64,000 bases of DNA from Takakia lepidozioides (lineage: Eukaryota > Plantae > Bryophyta), in contig CM060731.1 in assembly GCA_030704615.1 (NCBI GenBank), positions 66,650,001 to 66,714,000 on the forward strand, written 5' to 3'. Both the position numbers and the translations under genes were made by a program. Positions 51,490 through 63,618 of the stretch are shown one piece after another. Under the pieces are notes generated by a model, which was not told the origin of the DNA, searched no databases, and was given only the letters and a program-made list of their open reading frames with translations. Numbering within the stretch: the first letter of the stretch is position 1; the number at the start of each line of letters is the position of its first letter.

Positions 51490-52656
51490 ATGGCTTCCTT
51501 TGAAGCGGAGTTTTACTCTGTGGAGAAACCAATACCTTTCTCGAAGGAGACCGATGACAATGGTTTTACAATTGCGGAGGAACATCTCCTAGCAACGCGT
51601 TTTGAGTTCCGGTATGGTACTGTGTGGCTGGAAAGAGAGGTTTACGGTGACGATGGGAAGTTGAAGAAGTATGCTTTCCAGAAACCGGATGAAAACGCAC
51701 TTATGAGTCAGTGGAGAGTTCCTCCAGGAAGATACAGAGTCCTTGGAGCTCCTCGCCGGCAGTCGATTGGTTCGTATGTGACGCCGGGAACTGCTGCTTC
51801 TGTTGTTCAAGACAAGAGGAATGTGGTCGTGAAAACGGAGCCCACAACTTCTAGACTAATTGTTGAGCTCTCCGACTCCTCGGAGGAGGATGTCCCGAAA
51901 ATTCCTTTTCTCGCTCCTTCTCTGGTGGTCGTGGTGCCGGAATTGAAGGACCTGTGTAGTGTCATTCCTAAACTGAAGTCAATGGGAGGAATGCCCGGTT
52001 TCAAGAGTGAATTGCGGGGGATTGACTGGGACACTATCCCTGTTGAGCGTGTGCAGTACCTTCCAGAATCTTTTGATGGGGATGTCGTCTTCGAGCTGCC
52101 TCCACCTAGGCGGGGTGGACCCGTTTCGAGCCTCATGCACGGAATGGACAAGAGACACGATGGACACCCATGGTGCAGAACGAAGACATCCAATATTCAA
52201 AATGATGACAAGCTCGTGTTCAGAAGAGCGGTGTGCAATGGACACCTGAGGTGCGAGAATTTGAGTTGCAGACACTTCCTGCGGTCAGAGGTTCAGAACT
52301 AGAGCAAGTGGGAGGGTGTCGCCGAGAATCCTTTCAAGCCCGGTGAAGCACCTCCAAGCTCCAACACTTTTGTTTGCAAGTTCTGCAAACGAGCGCCTTC
52401 CTGTGTGGCAGTGTGTGGAGCAAGAATGTACTATGTGGTGCACCGTTTTCCAACCTTGACTAGAGCCGGTGTGCATTTCGGGTTCCACAACCATCCAGTG
52501 TCGAAGGGGGATTACAGGGAAAGCGTTGAAATAGTATCTAGGTTGATAAGACAAGAGTATGAGAGCAATCCAACAGCCACCACCTCCACAATAGTTCTTG
52601 GAGCAAGCAAGACTTTCTTGGAAACCCATATTCTTAGTGAAGGAGATTCTGTGGGC
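51490..52656 (+). pseudogene. MULE transposase of copy C, 5' part (GCM-like zinc domain), interrupted by copy B
   Basis: MASFEAEF..HDGHPWCRTKTSN..CNGHLRCENLSC..CKFC..CGAR..GVHFGFHNHP..ETHILSEGDSVG. In-frame TAG at 52300-52302. Confidence 0.85.
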
Positions 52657-53270
52657 AGGACAACGACGCAATGGCGTGAGCGTTGCACGTGAGCGTACGC
52701 TCACGCCAGCTGACGTGGCGTGAGCCTGCACACATGCTGACGTGGCGTGAGCGTCATGTCAGCATGCTGATGTGGCGGTAAATGATGACATGGCGCTGTC
52801 CGTCAACTGCCACGTCAGCATTAACATGCGCCGCCTATAACCGTGGATGGTCCTATGACCGTGGAATTAATGCAGGGAATCTTGCCTAAATAGAATCAAG
52901 ACGAGCGTTGAGGCCTACAATTGCAGCATCCAACATTGTGCAATTACAAATGCTTGTTTCACTTTTACAATTACGAAGACGACAAAATATCCTCACAAAG
53001 TGTGCGCCATAAAGGCTGCCACGAGAAGACTTCCTCCCTCCTCAAATAACAATGAGAGTTATGATCATCTTCAAAAGATGATTGTAGTGCATAGCGACAG
53101 CAAGACATGTAGACTTCGAACGGTGCAATGACAAATGTGCACTACCTAAAAGTTGTCACTCAGAGCTCACTCCGTATAGTTGGAGGCCATATCATTGCAC
53201 AGCCGACGAATTGATGTGAATTACACATTTCAAATCATGGTCATCCACATACCACATTACATAGTTCATG

Positions 53271-56200
53271 CTACCCATGTGTTGTATCCCGCTGCAAAAG
53301 AGTATCGACCTCGTTGAAACTCATAGTGGCCTGGTGAATGAAGTTGTCACGTTTGGGATCGCAAACCATCATCCTCAAAAATATGAAATACAAATGTTTG
53401 CAGGGTATGAATTTACCTCTCTTGCCCAAACTGGTTGATAGCATATTCACAAAATCAGGACATGTGCAATTGGGGAAATTGGAAACCGTGATGTCGTAGG
53501 TCCTGTCATGAACAGCAGATGTGGAAGTGATGATTGTGAATACCCGACCATATCCTGGATCGGGTACTTCCGTGGTGCTTCCGACACGAGCTTGGAGCAT
53601 TCTTGCGGACTCCACTTTGCCAAAGTGTTCAGCGGTTGGAGGGAAACGCCGAACGAGCTTTCCATCTCGTTTGGTTGGCCACAAGTCAGGATTTGCCGGG
53701 GGGACCCGGGAGGACGCAGAAGTAGTAGCACATGCATGGAGTTGGGGTTGTCTCGCAAGGGAAAAACCTGCCTCCTCCAGCATTTCAATCTCCTGAAAGC
53801 TCAGATGTGTTCCCACCTTCATGGGCCAAACGGTTGGAGGAGATGGCTTCATCACTACGGAAGGACGCACAGTTCCATGCACACATCTGGCACAATCATC
53901 TGCGCAGAACCAGAACTTGTGGTTCTTGGCTTCTGGTTGACCGTATGGACGCATCAAGCCCGTGAAAGTCAGAGCAGGAGTTCGGGCACCACCTCTGGAT
54001 ATAGATGAAGTGCACTTCTCGAAATTAGTTGCCCTGATCGCTGTACATTTCACACGAGACCCGACACTTGTGCGTTCTATGTGCCAAACGTGGTCGGGGC
54101 ATGCGGACTCAAGCACATCAAGGGGGTTGTTTCTCTCCTGCACCATTTCAGTGGCACGGTTTGATGCTGGAGCTTGCCGTCGTGTTGGAGGTTCCTCCAC
54201 AATGGAGGTTCCGGACATGGAGCTGTCATGCAGGGGAACACGAGGCTTCGAGAAGTTATCACGGTCTGCCCTGTGGGAATCTGAATCCAAACCAGGTGGA
54301 GTGTTCAATTTCCTCTTACAGGAGCCGAATCTCTCCTCCCTTTCAAGATGTGGAACTCTAGAAACAAGTGGCGTTCCCTGGGCATACATGCTCACCGCCC
54401 GTGCTATCTTGATTGGATCCCCAGATCTGTTTGCAGCACGCAACATCAACTCCCATTTGTTCGGACCCTTGCCACCAACCCCACCTCGTAAGAAATCACG
54501 GTATCGGGTTTGTTGTTGCAAGGCACGTATCAAATCATCTGTTGTTGCCACATACAAATCCCGACCTCGTTTCCCAGACTGCTGCAACCATGCATTGTGC
54601 ACAGTTTCTGCCAAATTGCAAGATGGCATGTCCGCCATTTCCTCAATGGACATGTTCTGCAAAGAGGATAACCACACTTCAGAACAGTGCACAGGAAACA
54701 ACATAAAGAAAGCAATGAGTCAAAAATATGGAAAGCAAATGTATGAATAAAGCATGAAATAGAAGCCTCGTACCATTGTCATGGCTGCTCCCCACTGTCT
54801 ATACCGGAAGTGCCAAAACGCCAGCCAATCTTCCAATGCTCTCATACTCTCAAGTGATGCAGCTCCAGAAGAGAACCACCAGGCACGAATTGTCTGGAAC
54901 AAAGTGTCCGCCTCCTTCATTGTTCTAGCATCTTTGTACTCTTTGCACAATTTACGGTGCTGAGTCTGCATCTCTGGTTTGATGTCCGACTTTGTATGTT
55001 TTTCCAGAGATTGTGTCCAATGGAATAGACATGTACGCTCTCTTCCTGGCATAGGCACTTTTGGGTCGCCCGATCCGAAGACAACACGAATAGCATTGAA
55101 ATTTGCTTGAGCACTATCCGCCATGAAACCTGCGAAATTTGGAGATGGCAGCCCATGACACGTATCAGGGAATTCCACATGAGCTTCTGGGATTCCGTAT
55201 CCTCGGATTGCATGTCACAAACTGCAATTGTCATAACTCGTTGGTACACTGGATCGTAGACATGACAAGCCATTGTCGTCCAATCCTTCACTCGTTTCAC
55301 ATGATCAAACATAAGAAAACAGTTCTGCAAGTCCCCAGTCTTCTGCATCCGCTTCACGAGGCTAACCCCACTGCCCTCCCCAACAGTCGACATTTAGAAA
55401 AGAAATACTTTGATGGCACCTTGACCTGGGAATACATTGTCCTGGATGTAATCGTACTTGCTCACTCGTTTCAATTCCAAAATATTGTCTATGTAGCCTC
55501 TGATCCCAGAGCCCATTCTCAATGCATTGATCTGATGCCGAATGTTAGGTGAACTTAAAGTGGAGAAATGATCCATGACCAGGTCCAATGCTGCACCGTC
55601 AAGTTTAGTCCCCACAGAATCCCCTTCACTCAAAATATGGCTTTCCAAGAAGGACTTGCTTGCGCCAAGAGCAATTGCAGATGTTGTTGCGGATGGGTTT
55701 CTCCCGAACTCTTGTTTGATCAACCTCGATACTGTCTCAACACTCTCCCTGTAATCCCCCTTTGAGACAGGATGGTTATGGAATCCAAAATGCACACAAG
55801 CTCTCGTCATTGTATTCAAACGGTGGACAACATAGTACATTCTTGCTCCGCAGAGCGCCAAACAGGATGGCACAAGTTTGCAGAATTTGCAGACGAAAGT
55901 GTTTGCCGGTGGAGGGGCAGTCCCAAGCTGAAATGGATTTTCCGCCAGACCCTCCCATTCGCTTTGATTATGAACCCCAGACTGAAGAAAGTGTCTGCAA
56001 TTCAAATTATCACACCTAAGGTGTCCATTGCAAACTGTCCTCCTAAAAACAAGCTTGTCATCATTCTGAATATTGGATGTTTTTGTTCTGCACCACGGGT
56101 GCCCGTCGTGTTTTTTGTCCATTCCATGCATCATGATTGTTACACCTCCAACTCGCGGAGGAGGAGGCAGCTCGAATAGGATATCACCATCAAAAGTCTC

Positions 56201-56776
56201 CGGCAAGAACTTCATAGGCACCTGCTTCAAAGATTCCCAATCAATTCCCCGCAACTCACTTTTGAATCCAGCCATTCCTCCCATCGCCCGCAATTTTGGA
56301 ATGACACTACAAATCTCTTCTTCATCAGCTTCTCCAACCACAGTAGGAAGGACTGGATTTGGAATTTCACTTATGTCATCATCGGAAGAATCCGAAAGCT
56401 CAACGATTGGAGTGGAGGAAGTCTGTTCTTTTTTCACCACCACCTCCCTCTTGTCTTCAACGACCGAAGCAGCAGTCCCGGGCGTCACATATGACCCAAG
56501 GGACTTTCGCCGAGGCTCTCCAAGTACTCTGTATCGACCAGGACGCACTCTCCACAAGCTGATATGAGCCGTCTCATCACGGTTTTGGAAAGAATATTTC
56601 ACCAACTTCCCTTTCAGATCGTAAACCTCTTTCTCCAAAAAGATGGAGCCATTCTGCAGCTGAAAACGGGTAGCCAAGACATGTTCCAGAACAATTGCAA
56701 ATCCATTGTCAAGGACTTCCTGGGAGAACGGCACTGGTTTGTCGTCTGAGAAGAACTCTGCTTCAGAGGAAGCCAT
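53271..56776 (-). pseudogene. MULE transposase of copy B (GCM-like domain, DDE core, SWIM finger), ~1100 aa, disrupted
   Basis: FLMFDHVK (D1), FAGFMADSAQANFNAIRVVFG (D2), RTCLFHW (CxxH), CNLAETVH (E), NCTCPDF..PCKHL (SWIM). One intron at ~54658-54772. TAA at 55394-55396 and a frameshift near 55155. Confidence 0.9.
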
Positions 56777-57628
56777 CTTCCTTGCTCGAGTATGTTTGTA
56801 CCTTGCTATCGCAGATTTAGTGTAAATCGGTTTACTGCTGTCTCCAGAACACAGTTGAAGAATGAGCAGAGAATATGGCGGAGGAAGCTCAGATAACGAC
56901 TGTGCATATTATGTTATTCTTTCCAGATATGCAGCCGTCCATTTTAATTACTTTTCTTGTGGGCCCAGTGGTCAGAGTATCCCTAGGAGCAGTGTCGGCA
57001 ACTGTTAAACCGTTAATCAGAACCTCATCAATAAACCCAATAACAAAGCCGACTTCCTGGAAGCATGCCACAGGATCTGAGAATGGGATTGCAGATTAAG
57101 TAAATGTATCTATATACTACTACCAATGATCATGCGCACCTGGAAAGTTCCAAATGTGAAACGAATGTGGGGTTTGGCTAACAAGGATGACCGTGTATGA
57201 TATTCCAAAATTTGTCATCAAACTCTCGTTCATTTATATTTATTTGTTTAAGACTGCGCATCAATTTCTGGGATTCGCTGTTATTTTTAAATATTGAACC
57301 CGTTCTAATAAAGAACACGCCATTTTTTTTGGGCGGCACACGTCAGACATCCATAACTGAATACGAACAGCTGTACACCAATTGCTGGCATGTGCACTAA
57401 TAAGGAACGACTATGTGTAACGGTCACGCGGGAGGGAATCCGATGCTTCTAGAGACACGCAAGAACGCAGGCAATCCCGCAAGAAATCGGGAGTCACTGC
57501 GTTTTTCTACTTTTCGCGCTTAGAGGGAGAGTGGTAGTCAAGCTGGAGAGGGTTTCTTCTAGAATACGAAAGAGCAGAAAGTCTCTTTATTTTACTTCCC
57601 TTAGAGAGAGACGCAGAGCAAGAGAGAA

Positions 57629-60267
57629 ATGACGAGGCGTCGTTTGTTGGAGAACACAGGGCCAAGGTAGCAGGTGAACGCGTAGACTGATTCACAAGAG
57701 CAGACGGAGACTGAGGCAGCGGCTGCGACACAGTCGGCGATAAGAGTGCGCCAACCTGTGGAGGCAGAGATGATTCGCAGGGACACTGAAGAAGGTGGAA
57801 GCACGCGGAACGCCGAACCTGGAGAAGGTCAAGAAACCCTTGCGTAGACAGAAACTCCAGCAGATGTGAGAGGGAAGAGGAAAGCTGCTGAAGGGGATCA
57901 AATTTCAAAACCTAAGAAGGTGCCAGTAAGTTTTATCATATAGTCTGTCTGATTGCCTTTCAAGGAGTCCTTCCTCTTCCTTCTTTAGCAGGAACTACTG
58001 AATTGCGAGCGTCGTTAACGCCATTTCGATTCTCCTCATGAGATTTATGTACCTATGTGTTTGAAGAGAGAGTCTGCACTTACTATTCTCCCTAAACTAC
58101 ACTGAATGTCGTTGCCGCCAATCAGTTGCACATGTATGTCATTACACAACACCGATCCGGCAGGTCGTTATCTTTTGTGATTGTCGTTAACGGCCGTTCG
58201 CTATCGCTCTCGCTTTTTGTTTTTGAATACGGCAGTCTCAGCTTTGCATGTGTAGATTGTGCTGAAATTCTTTCACACCATTCATGGTGAGTTTCCTTGA
58301 TAGAGAGTGATGGTCGTTACCGCCATTCACTATTTGCAAATCACTCAGTCAGAACTGAATGGCATCGTGCAGAAAACTGTGAGGTCGAAGCCTACAGGAT
58401 CAGAGGGGAAAGGATCTGGAGATGGGGACGAGTCCGCAAAAAGCTCAGAGAATACAGATGAAGCAGATGAATCCGAAGTGCACTACCTTGACAAGGTGAA
58501 AGAACTCATGTCATTCCAGAAGGTAAACTCTCAGGAGGTTATAAGGGACATGCTCGTATCTGGAGGGCGTCTGGACATACCTTTGTGCCGGATGATATCT
58601 ATGCCTGTTGTGCGTCCACCTCTTTCCCATGACATAACAAAATTGGAGAGTGATTTTGTGCATGGATATAGACTTGGTGCATAAGTTTTTTATGTGTCAC
58701 TGACGGATATAAATGGGAAAAGCACATTAGTGTCTCCAGAGATCAGTGATAACTGGGATGAGTGCTGGGATGCCAATGAGGAGTGCTGGAAAGATGCCAA
58801 TGAGGAGTTCGAGCTGGGCCTCATGATGGGAAAGGACAACCAGCAATTCTGCAACAAAAAATACTGCTGGAAGATATACCCGCACTCTTCAGTGCGTGTT
58901 CGATGCCAAGCCACACCCTTCCCGTTCTGATTCAGCAGGAGAGATGAAAATTGTTAATGAGGGTTGGCTTTCGATGATGCAGAGTCGAAAGAGAGGATAC
59001 ACTGGGGTGCGATCCCCTACCTGGGACAATATAATCTCATTCCTCAATCTGGTGAGAATTCCAGTTCTTTTCCTTTTTCTCTGAAAGTTTCGTTGGCAGT
59101 ATTTCAGTCTCGTTCTTTGAAAACAATCTTGCCATCGTTCTTATAAAAAACATGTCTGTTGCAGGTGAGCACAAGTCCTACCTTCGTGTGCGGTGTGCAG
59201 AAAACTTATGCGGCCGACATTGTCATTCTCGACATCCCGGATGGCCAGGCTGTGCCAGAAGTTCTTCCAAAGGGCAAGACGCCAGGCTGGAACAAATTCG
59301 AGGACAACTACTGGAGTTGGGTGTTCGGGTTCTGTAACAATTTCCTCTCTGATGCAGGGACACTTTTGCTTTTTCAGTCATGTGACAATGATAGTCGTCG
59401 GGCATGGCATCATACCTCAAGTCTTCAGGGTTTGAAGTTTGCGCACATGGAATTGTGTGAACAGCCTATACCTTGTGAAAGGGGTTTCCCTGGTCAGCTG
59501 GTATGCCGTCTCCCTTCTGCTTGTGCTTGATCATGAGTTTCAATTTTCTCTGCAGCTCCACTCTAGTAGAATGTTTATGATCGACACCGATCATCACCGA
59601 TTTATGATTTTTTGTGTCAGAGTTTTGAATAGCCAATGTACACACTTCCACTATAGATTGTGTTTACCACACTAACCTGCTATCTTTGCCAGACGAGGAT
59701 GTTCGAGGCGATCTGCCTGCGGAGGATTCGCACATCAAAGACACCATCCTCCATCCGCAACTTTGAGATTTCTGACCAGGGTTGTTTCGTCAACCCCCCC
59801 TATGAGCCCCATGTCGATGACATTTTGTACAACTTCATGCAGTCCAGTCAGACTCTGAAGAGACCAGATGGCACTCCCTGGAGAGGTGCAAAGGAAAAGT
59901 CACCAGCATTCATGCAAAATACTGCTGGAGTCATGCAGCCACCGCTCTGCACGGGTGGTCGATCTTTCTGTGTCCACAGGTTCGTTTTTTCCCTTCCGAA
60001 TTGGTTTCATTTCAACAGTTTCATCTGCTTAAATCCCCCCTCCAAACTGTTCATGTTCTCCTGTCTGGTGCAGGAGCAACTTACCACGCATGCAAGGCAG
60101 GCGGAAGAAGCCTTTTGGGCATGGAGGGTGATTCTGACCTCTACAACACAGTGCTCCTCCCCCTTTTGTCTAGCTCCACTTCAGGCACACAGACTGATCG
60201 GATTCAAATTTGAAATGATGACGATCCCGAAGATAAGCAGGTCGACAACGACTTTTCATGTGAGTAA
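57629..60267 (+). pseudogene. ParB-MTase fusion gene (copy B) with ~2.7-kb internal deletion
   Basis: Near-identical to copy A but jumps near 58855 from A ~2027 to A ~4721. TAA at 58682-58684 where A has CAA. Retains ADIVILDIPDG and GRSLLGMEGD. Confidence 0.85.
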
Positions 60268-61288
60268 GTGCTAAACCCTCTTTGGGAGCCATATTCAATT
60301 TCTCAATAACATCAAAGTTACAGTAATAACTTTTTCAGGCTGTCTTTCAGGAAAGGCAGCGTTGGATCTTTAGGAGATACAGTCATTTCTGGCAAGTCTG
60401 TTTTCGACAGCCCCTTTCCAATTTTCTGCTTCCTGTTTATGCCGAAGCAATGGCACTTCACGCGGCCGAGTCCTATCCCCTGACTTTTTAGTGGCCAGCC
60501 GTAGGTGTATCCGGTGTGGATCCGGTGTTCTAAAATACTTAGACTTAGATGCAGAGGAAGAGGGGATACATTGTACTGACTCTGAGTCAGACTGAACTGT
60601 ATTCTTTTAATATTCATTTTCATATTATCTGGAAAACGTGAATCCCTTTCCTCCACCGTAGTTGTTCCTTTAAAACAAATAATAATCACAGAATCAACTT
60701 TTGTTTAAATTGCTATATGTATGAATCCATCTCACAAACCTCCCTGACTCTTCTCATATCCATTGTGCATTCATCTACATTGTATTCATGCGTGCTCCAT
60801 TCATGAAAGCTTCCTTTGTACAACATCCATTGTACATTCATCCTCTGTACTCTTTAATCCACCCCACAAACCTTCCACACTCATTTCATATACGTTGTGC
60901 ATTCGTCAAAAGATTTGGTCATGCATCTTCCTGTCATGAATTTTTGTCATTGCTCAACATCCATTATACATTCATCCATTTTACTCTTATCCATCCGTCA
61001 TTCATCCATCTACATATATTTTTCACACTCATCCATCTGTTTATCATCCAACTGTACATTCATCCATCCTTTATTCAATGCCTTTTATTATGTCGTCCAG
61101 CTTGTTTCCGCGGTAAAGGGTGCCAATCCGCGGGAATACACTCCACTTCTTTCTGGGCGCGTGGTGACGCGGCCTTCACGTGTGATGACGTGGACTGAGC
61201 CCCGTGACGTGGCATTTGCGCAAGGTGACGTGGCGTGAGCGCAGTTGCGCTCACGTGACCAGGCTCACGCCGAGGCCTTCCTCTGGGC

Positions 61289-63618
61289 CGGAAACTCGAC
61301 GGGTCAGCCTTGGACAATGTTATGGATCACTTCTCTACCTTGAGCTCGCCGAACATTTAAAACCAGGTGAATGCATTGAGGATGGGCTCTGCTAACAGAG
61401 GGTACGTTGATAACATTTTCGAGTTGAAGTGACGGAGCAGGTATGACTACATTCAAGAGTGTGTTCCCAAGTCAAGGGTCGAACAAAGTGTACGTTTGCA
61501 AAATGTCCACAGCCGGGGAGGGCAGCGGAGTCAGTCTTGTGAAGTGCATGCAGAAGGGTGGCGATCTTCATAACTGTTTTCTTATGTTTGATCACGTCAA
61601 ACGAGTGAAAGACTGGACTACAATGGCGTGTCATGTTTACGATCCTTTCTACCAGCGAGTCATGACAATTGCAGTGTGTGAGATGCAATCAGAGGATGCG
61701 GATTCGCAGCAGCTAATGTGGAGAAGTCTCATTCATGTTATGGACTCCCAAGGTGTCCCATGTCCAAATTTCGCCGGATTTATGGCAGACAGTGCTCAAG
61801 CGAACTTCAATGCTATTCGCATTGTGTTTGGATCAGGAGATCCAAAGGTGCCAATGCCAGGAAGAGAGCGAACATGTCTTTTCCATTGGACCCAGTCCTT
61901 TGAGAAACATACAAAGGCAGACATCAAACCGGAAATGCAGCCTATTCATCTTAGGCTATGCAAACAGTACAAAGATGCGAAAAGCATGGCAGAGGCGAAT
62001 ACATTGTTCCAGACAATTCGTGCCTGGTGGTTCTCATCTAGGGCTGCATCAGAAGACAGTATGAGAGCGCTAGAAGACTGGCTGGCATTTTGGCACTTCT
62101 GGTACAGACAATGGGGAGCATGCATGACAACGGTGCGTGCATTTGAAAACTTGAAAATTTCATTGACTTTGTATCCATTTCCAATCATGTCTGTTGTGGT
62201 GGGGTGTGCCTGTCCTCTTTCTGATATATGTTTTTCCATTTTGCAGCACTTCTCAATTGAGGAGATGGCAGACATGCCCTCTTGCAATCTGGCGGAGATG
62301 GTGCACAATGTATGGTTGCAGCAATCTGGAAAGCGGGGCCGGGATTTGTATGTGGCGACGGCAAATGATCTGGTTCGAGCTCTACTGCAATAGACGAGAT
62401 ATCGGGAGTTCTTGCAGAGTGGCGTTGGTGGCAAGGATCCAGACAAGTCCGAGTTGATGTTGCGAGCAGCAAGAAGATCAAGGGATCCGAACAAGATTGC
62501 CAGGGCTGTCAACACGTGTGCAGAAGGAACTCCACTGGTGTCCAGAGTCCCCATCTGGAGGGTGAGGAGAGATTTGGGTCTTGTAAACGGAAATTGAACA
62601 CCACTCTTGGATCGGATGCAGACTCCCACAGGCCGGACAGGGACAACTTCTCCATGCCGCGTGTTCCATTTCATCATAGGTTTGTTTCCAGCATATCCAG
62701 TGCGGACGATCCTTTGTCACAAAGCCAAAGGCAGTCATCTCCCATAGTGAGTGCAATGGGGCAGGAGGCGAACGTGCTCCCCCCTGTGGTGGAGTCCATG
62801 TGCCCCGACGAAGTCTGGCACATAGAACGCACCACTGCTGGGTCTCGAGTGAAGTGCACGACAATCAGAGCAACCAATCGTGGGAAATGCCAGTCCTCCA
62901 TATCCAGAGGCAAGGTCCGCACTCCGGCTCCGACCTTCACTGGTTTGTTCATGCCTTATGGGCAAGCCGAGGCGAAGAACCACAAATTCTGGTTCTGCCC
63001 TGACGATGTGTGCGTGGGACTGTGCGACCATCGGTTGTCATGAAGCCTCATCCACCAAGCGTTGGGCCTGTGAAGGTGGGGACACATCTCACAACTCACG
63101 AGATTGCCATGCTGGAGGAGGCAGGCTTCTCCTTTCAGCAAGCCCCCTCTGTACATGCAAATGCTTCTACTTCAGCAAGTTTTGGAGTGCCACCACCGAA
63201 CGCTGATGCATGGCCAACAAAACAAAATGGGAAGCTGGTTCGTCGTTTCCCTCCGACTGCCGAGCATTTCGGCAAGGTGGAATCCGCTCGAATGCTTCAA
63301 GGTCGTGTTACAGGCACTACGGAAGTTCCACATCCCAGGTATGGACGAATCTACACTATGATGACCTCCACATCCGCTATGCACGACCGGTTGTACGACA
63401 TTGCAGTTTCAAATTTCCCCAACTGCACCTGTCCAGATTTTGTTGGCATGCTTACAACAAGTTTGGGAAAGACAGGCAAATTTATACCCTGCAAGCATCT
63501 GTATTTTATCTTCTTGAACACAATGGTATGTGATCCCAGACGCAACATCTTCATTCACCAGGCGACCATGCGTTTCAACGAGGTGAATACACTTATGCAG
63601 CGGGATAGGAGCACATAG
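61289..63618 (+). pseudogene. MULE transposase of copy C, 3' part (DDE core, SWIM)
   Basis: FLMFDHVK, FMADSAQANFNAIR, RTCLFHW, CNLAEMVH, CTCPDF..PCKHLY. Intron at ~62133-62246. Stops at 61358-61360 and 62391-62393, plus frameshifts. Confidence 0.9.

Larger units (their letters stand above)
52657..61283. mobile_element. Mutator-like ParB-MTase transposon, copy B (same subfamily as A), nested inverted in the copy C transposase
   Basis: Removing 52657-61288 restores the frame ..GDSVG|RKLDGSALDNVMDHFSTLSSPN. TGGGC is duplicated at 52652-52656 and 61284-61288. Both ends carry GCGTGAGC/TGACGTGGC motifs. Confidence 0.92.

Noticed and set aside
53962-54750. Long antisense ORFs (also 61946-62677, 45786-46364, 41740-42264)
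   Set aside because: These are shadow or alternative frames of real coding regions, with no recognisable motifs.
53271-56776. Zisupton/KDZ or hAT assignment of the transposase because of the SWIM finger or short TSD
   Set aside because: The core FMADSAQANFNAIRVVFG..RTCLFHW..NLAE fits the MULE D..CxxH..E pattern, and I see no KDZ or hAT-specific motifs.
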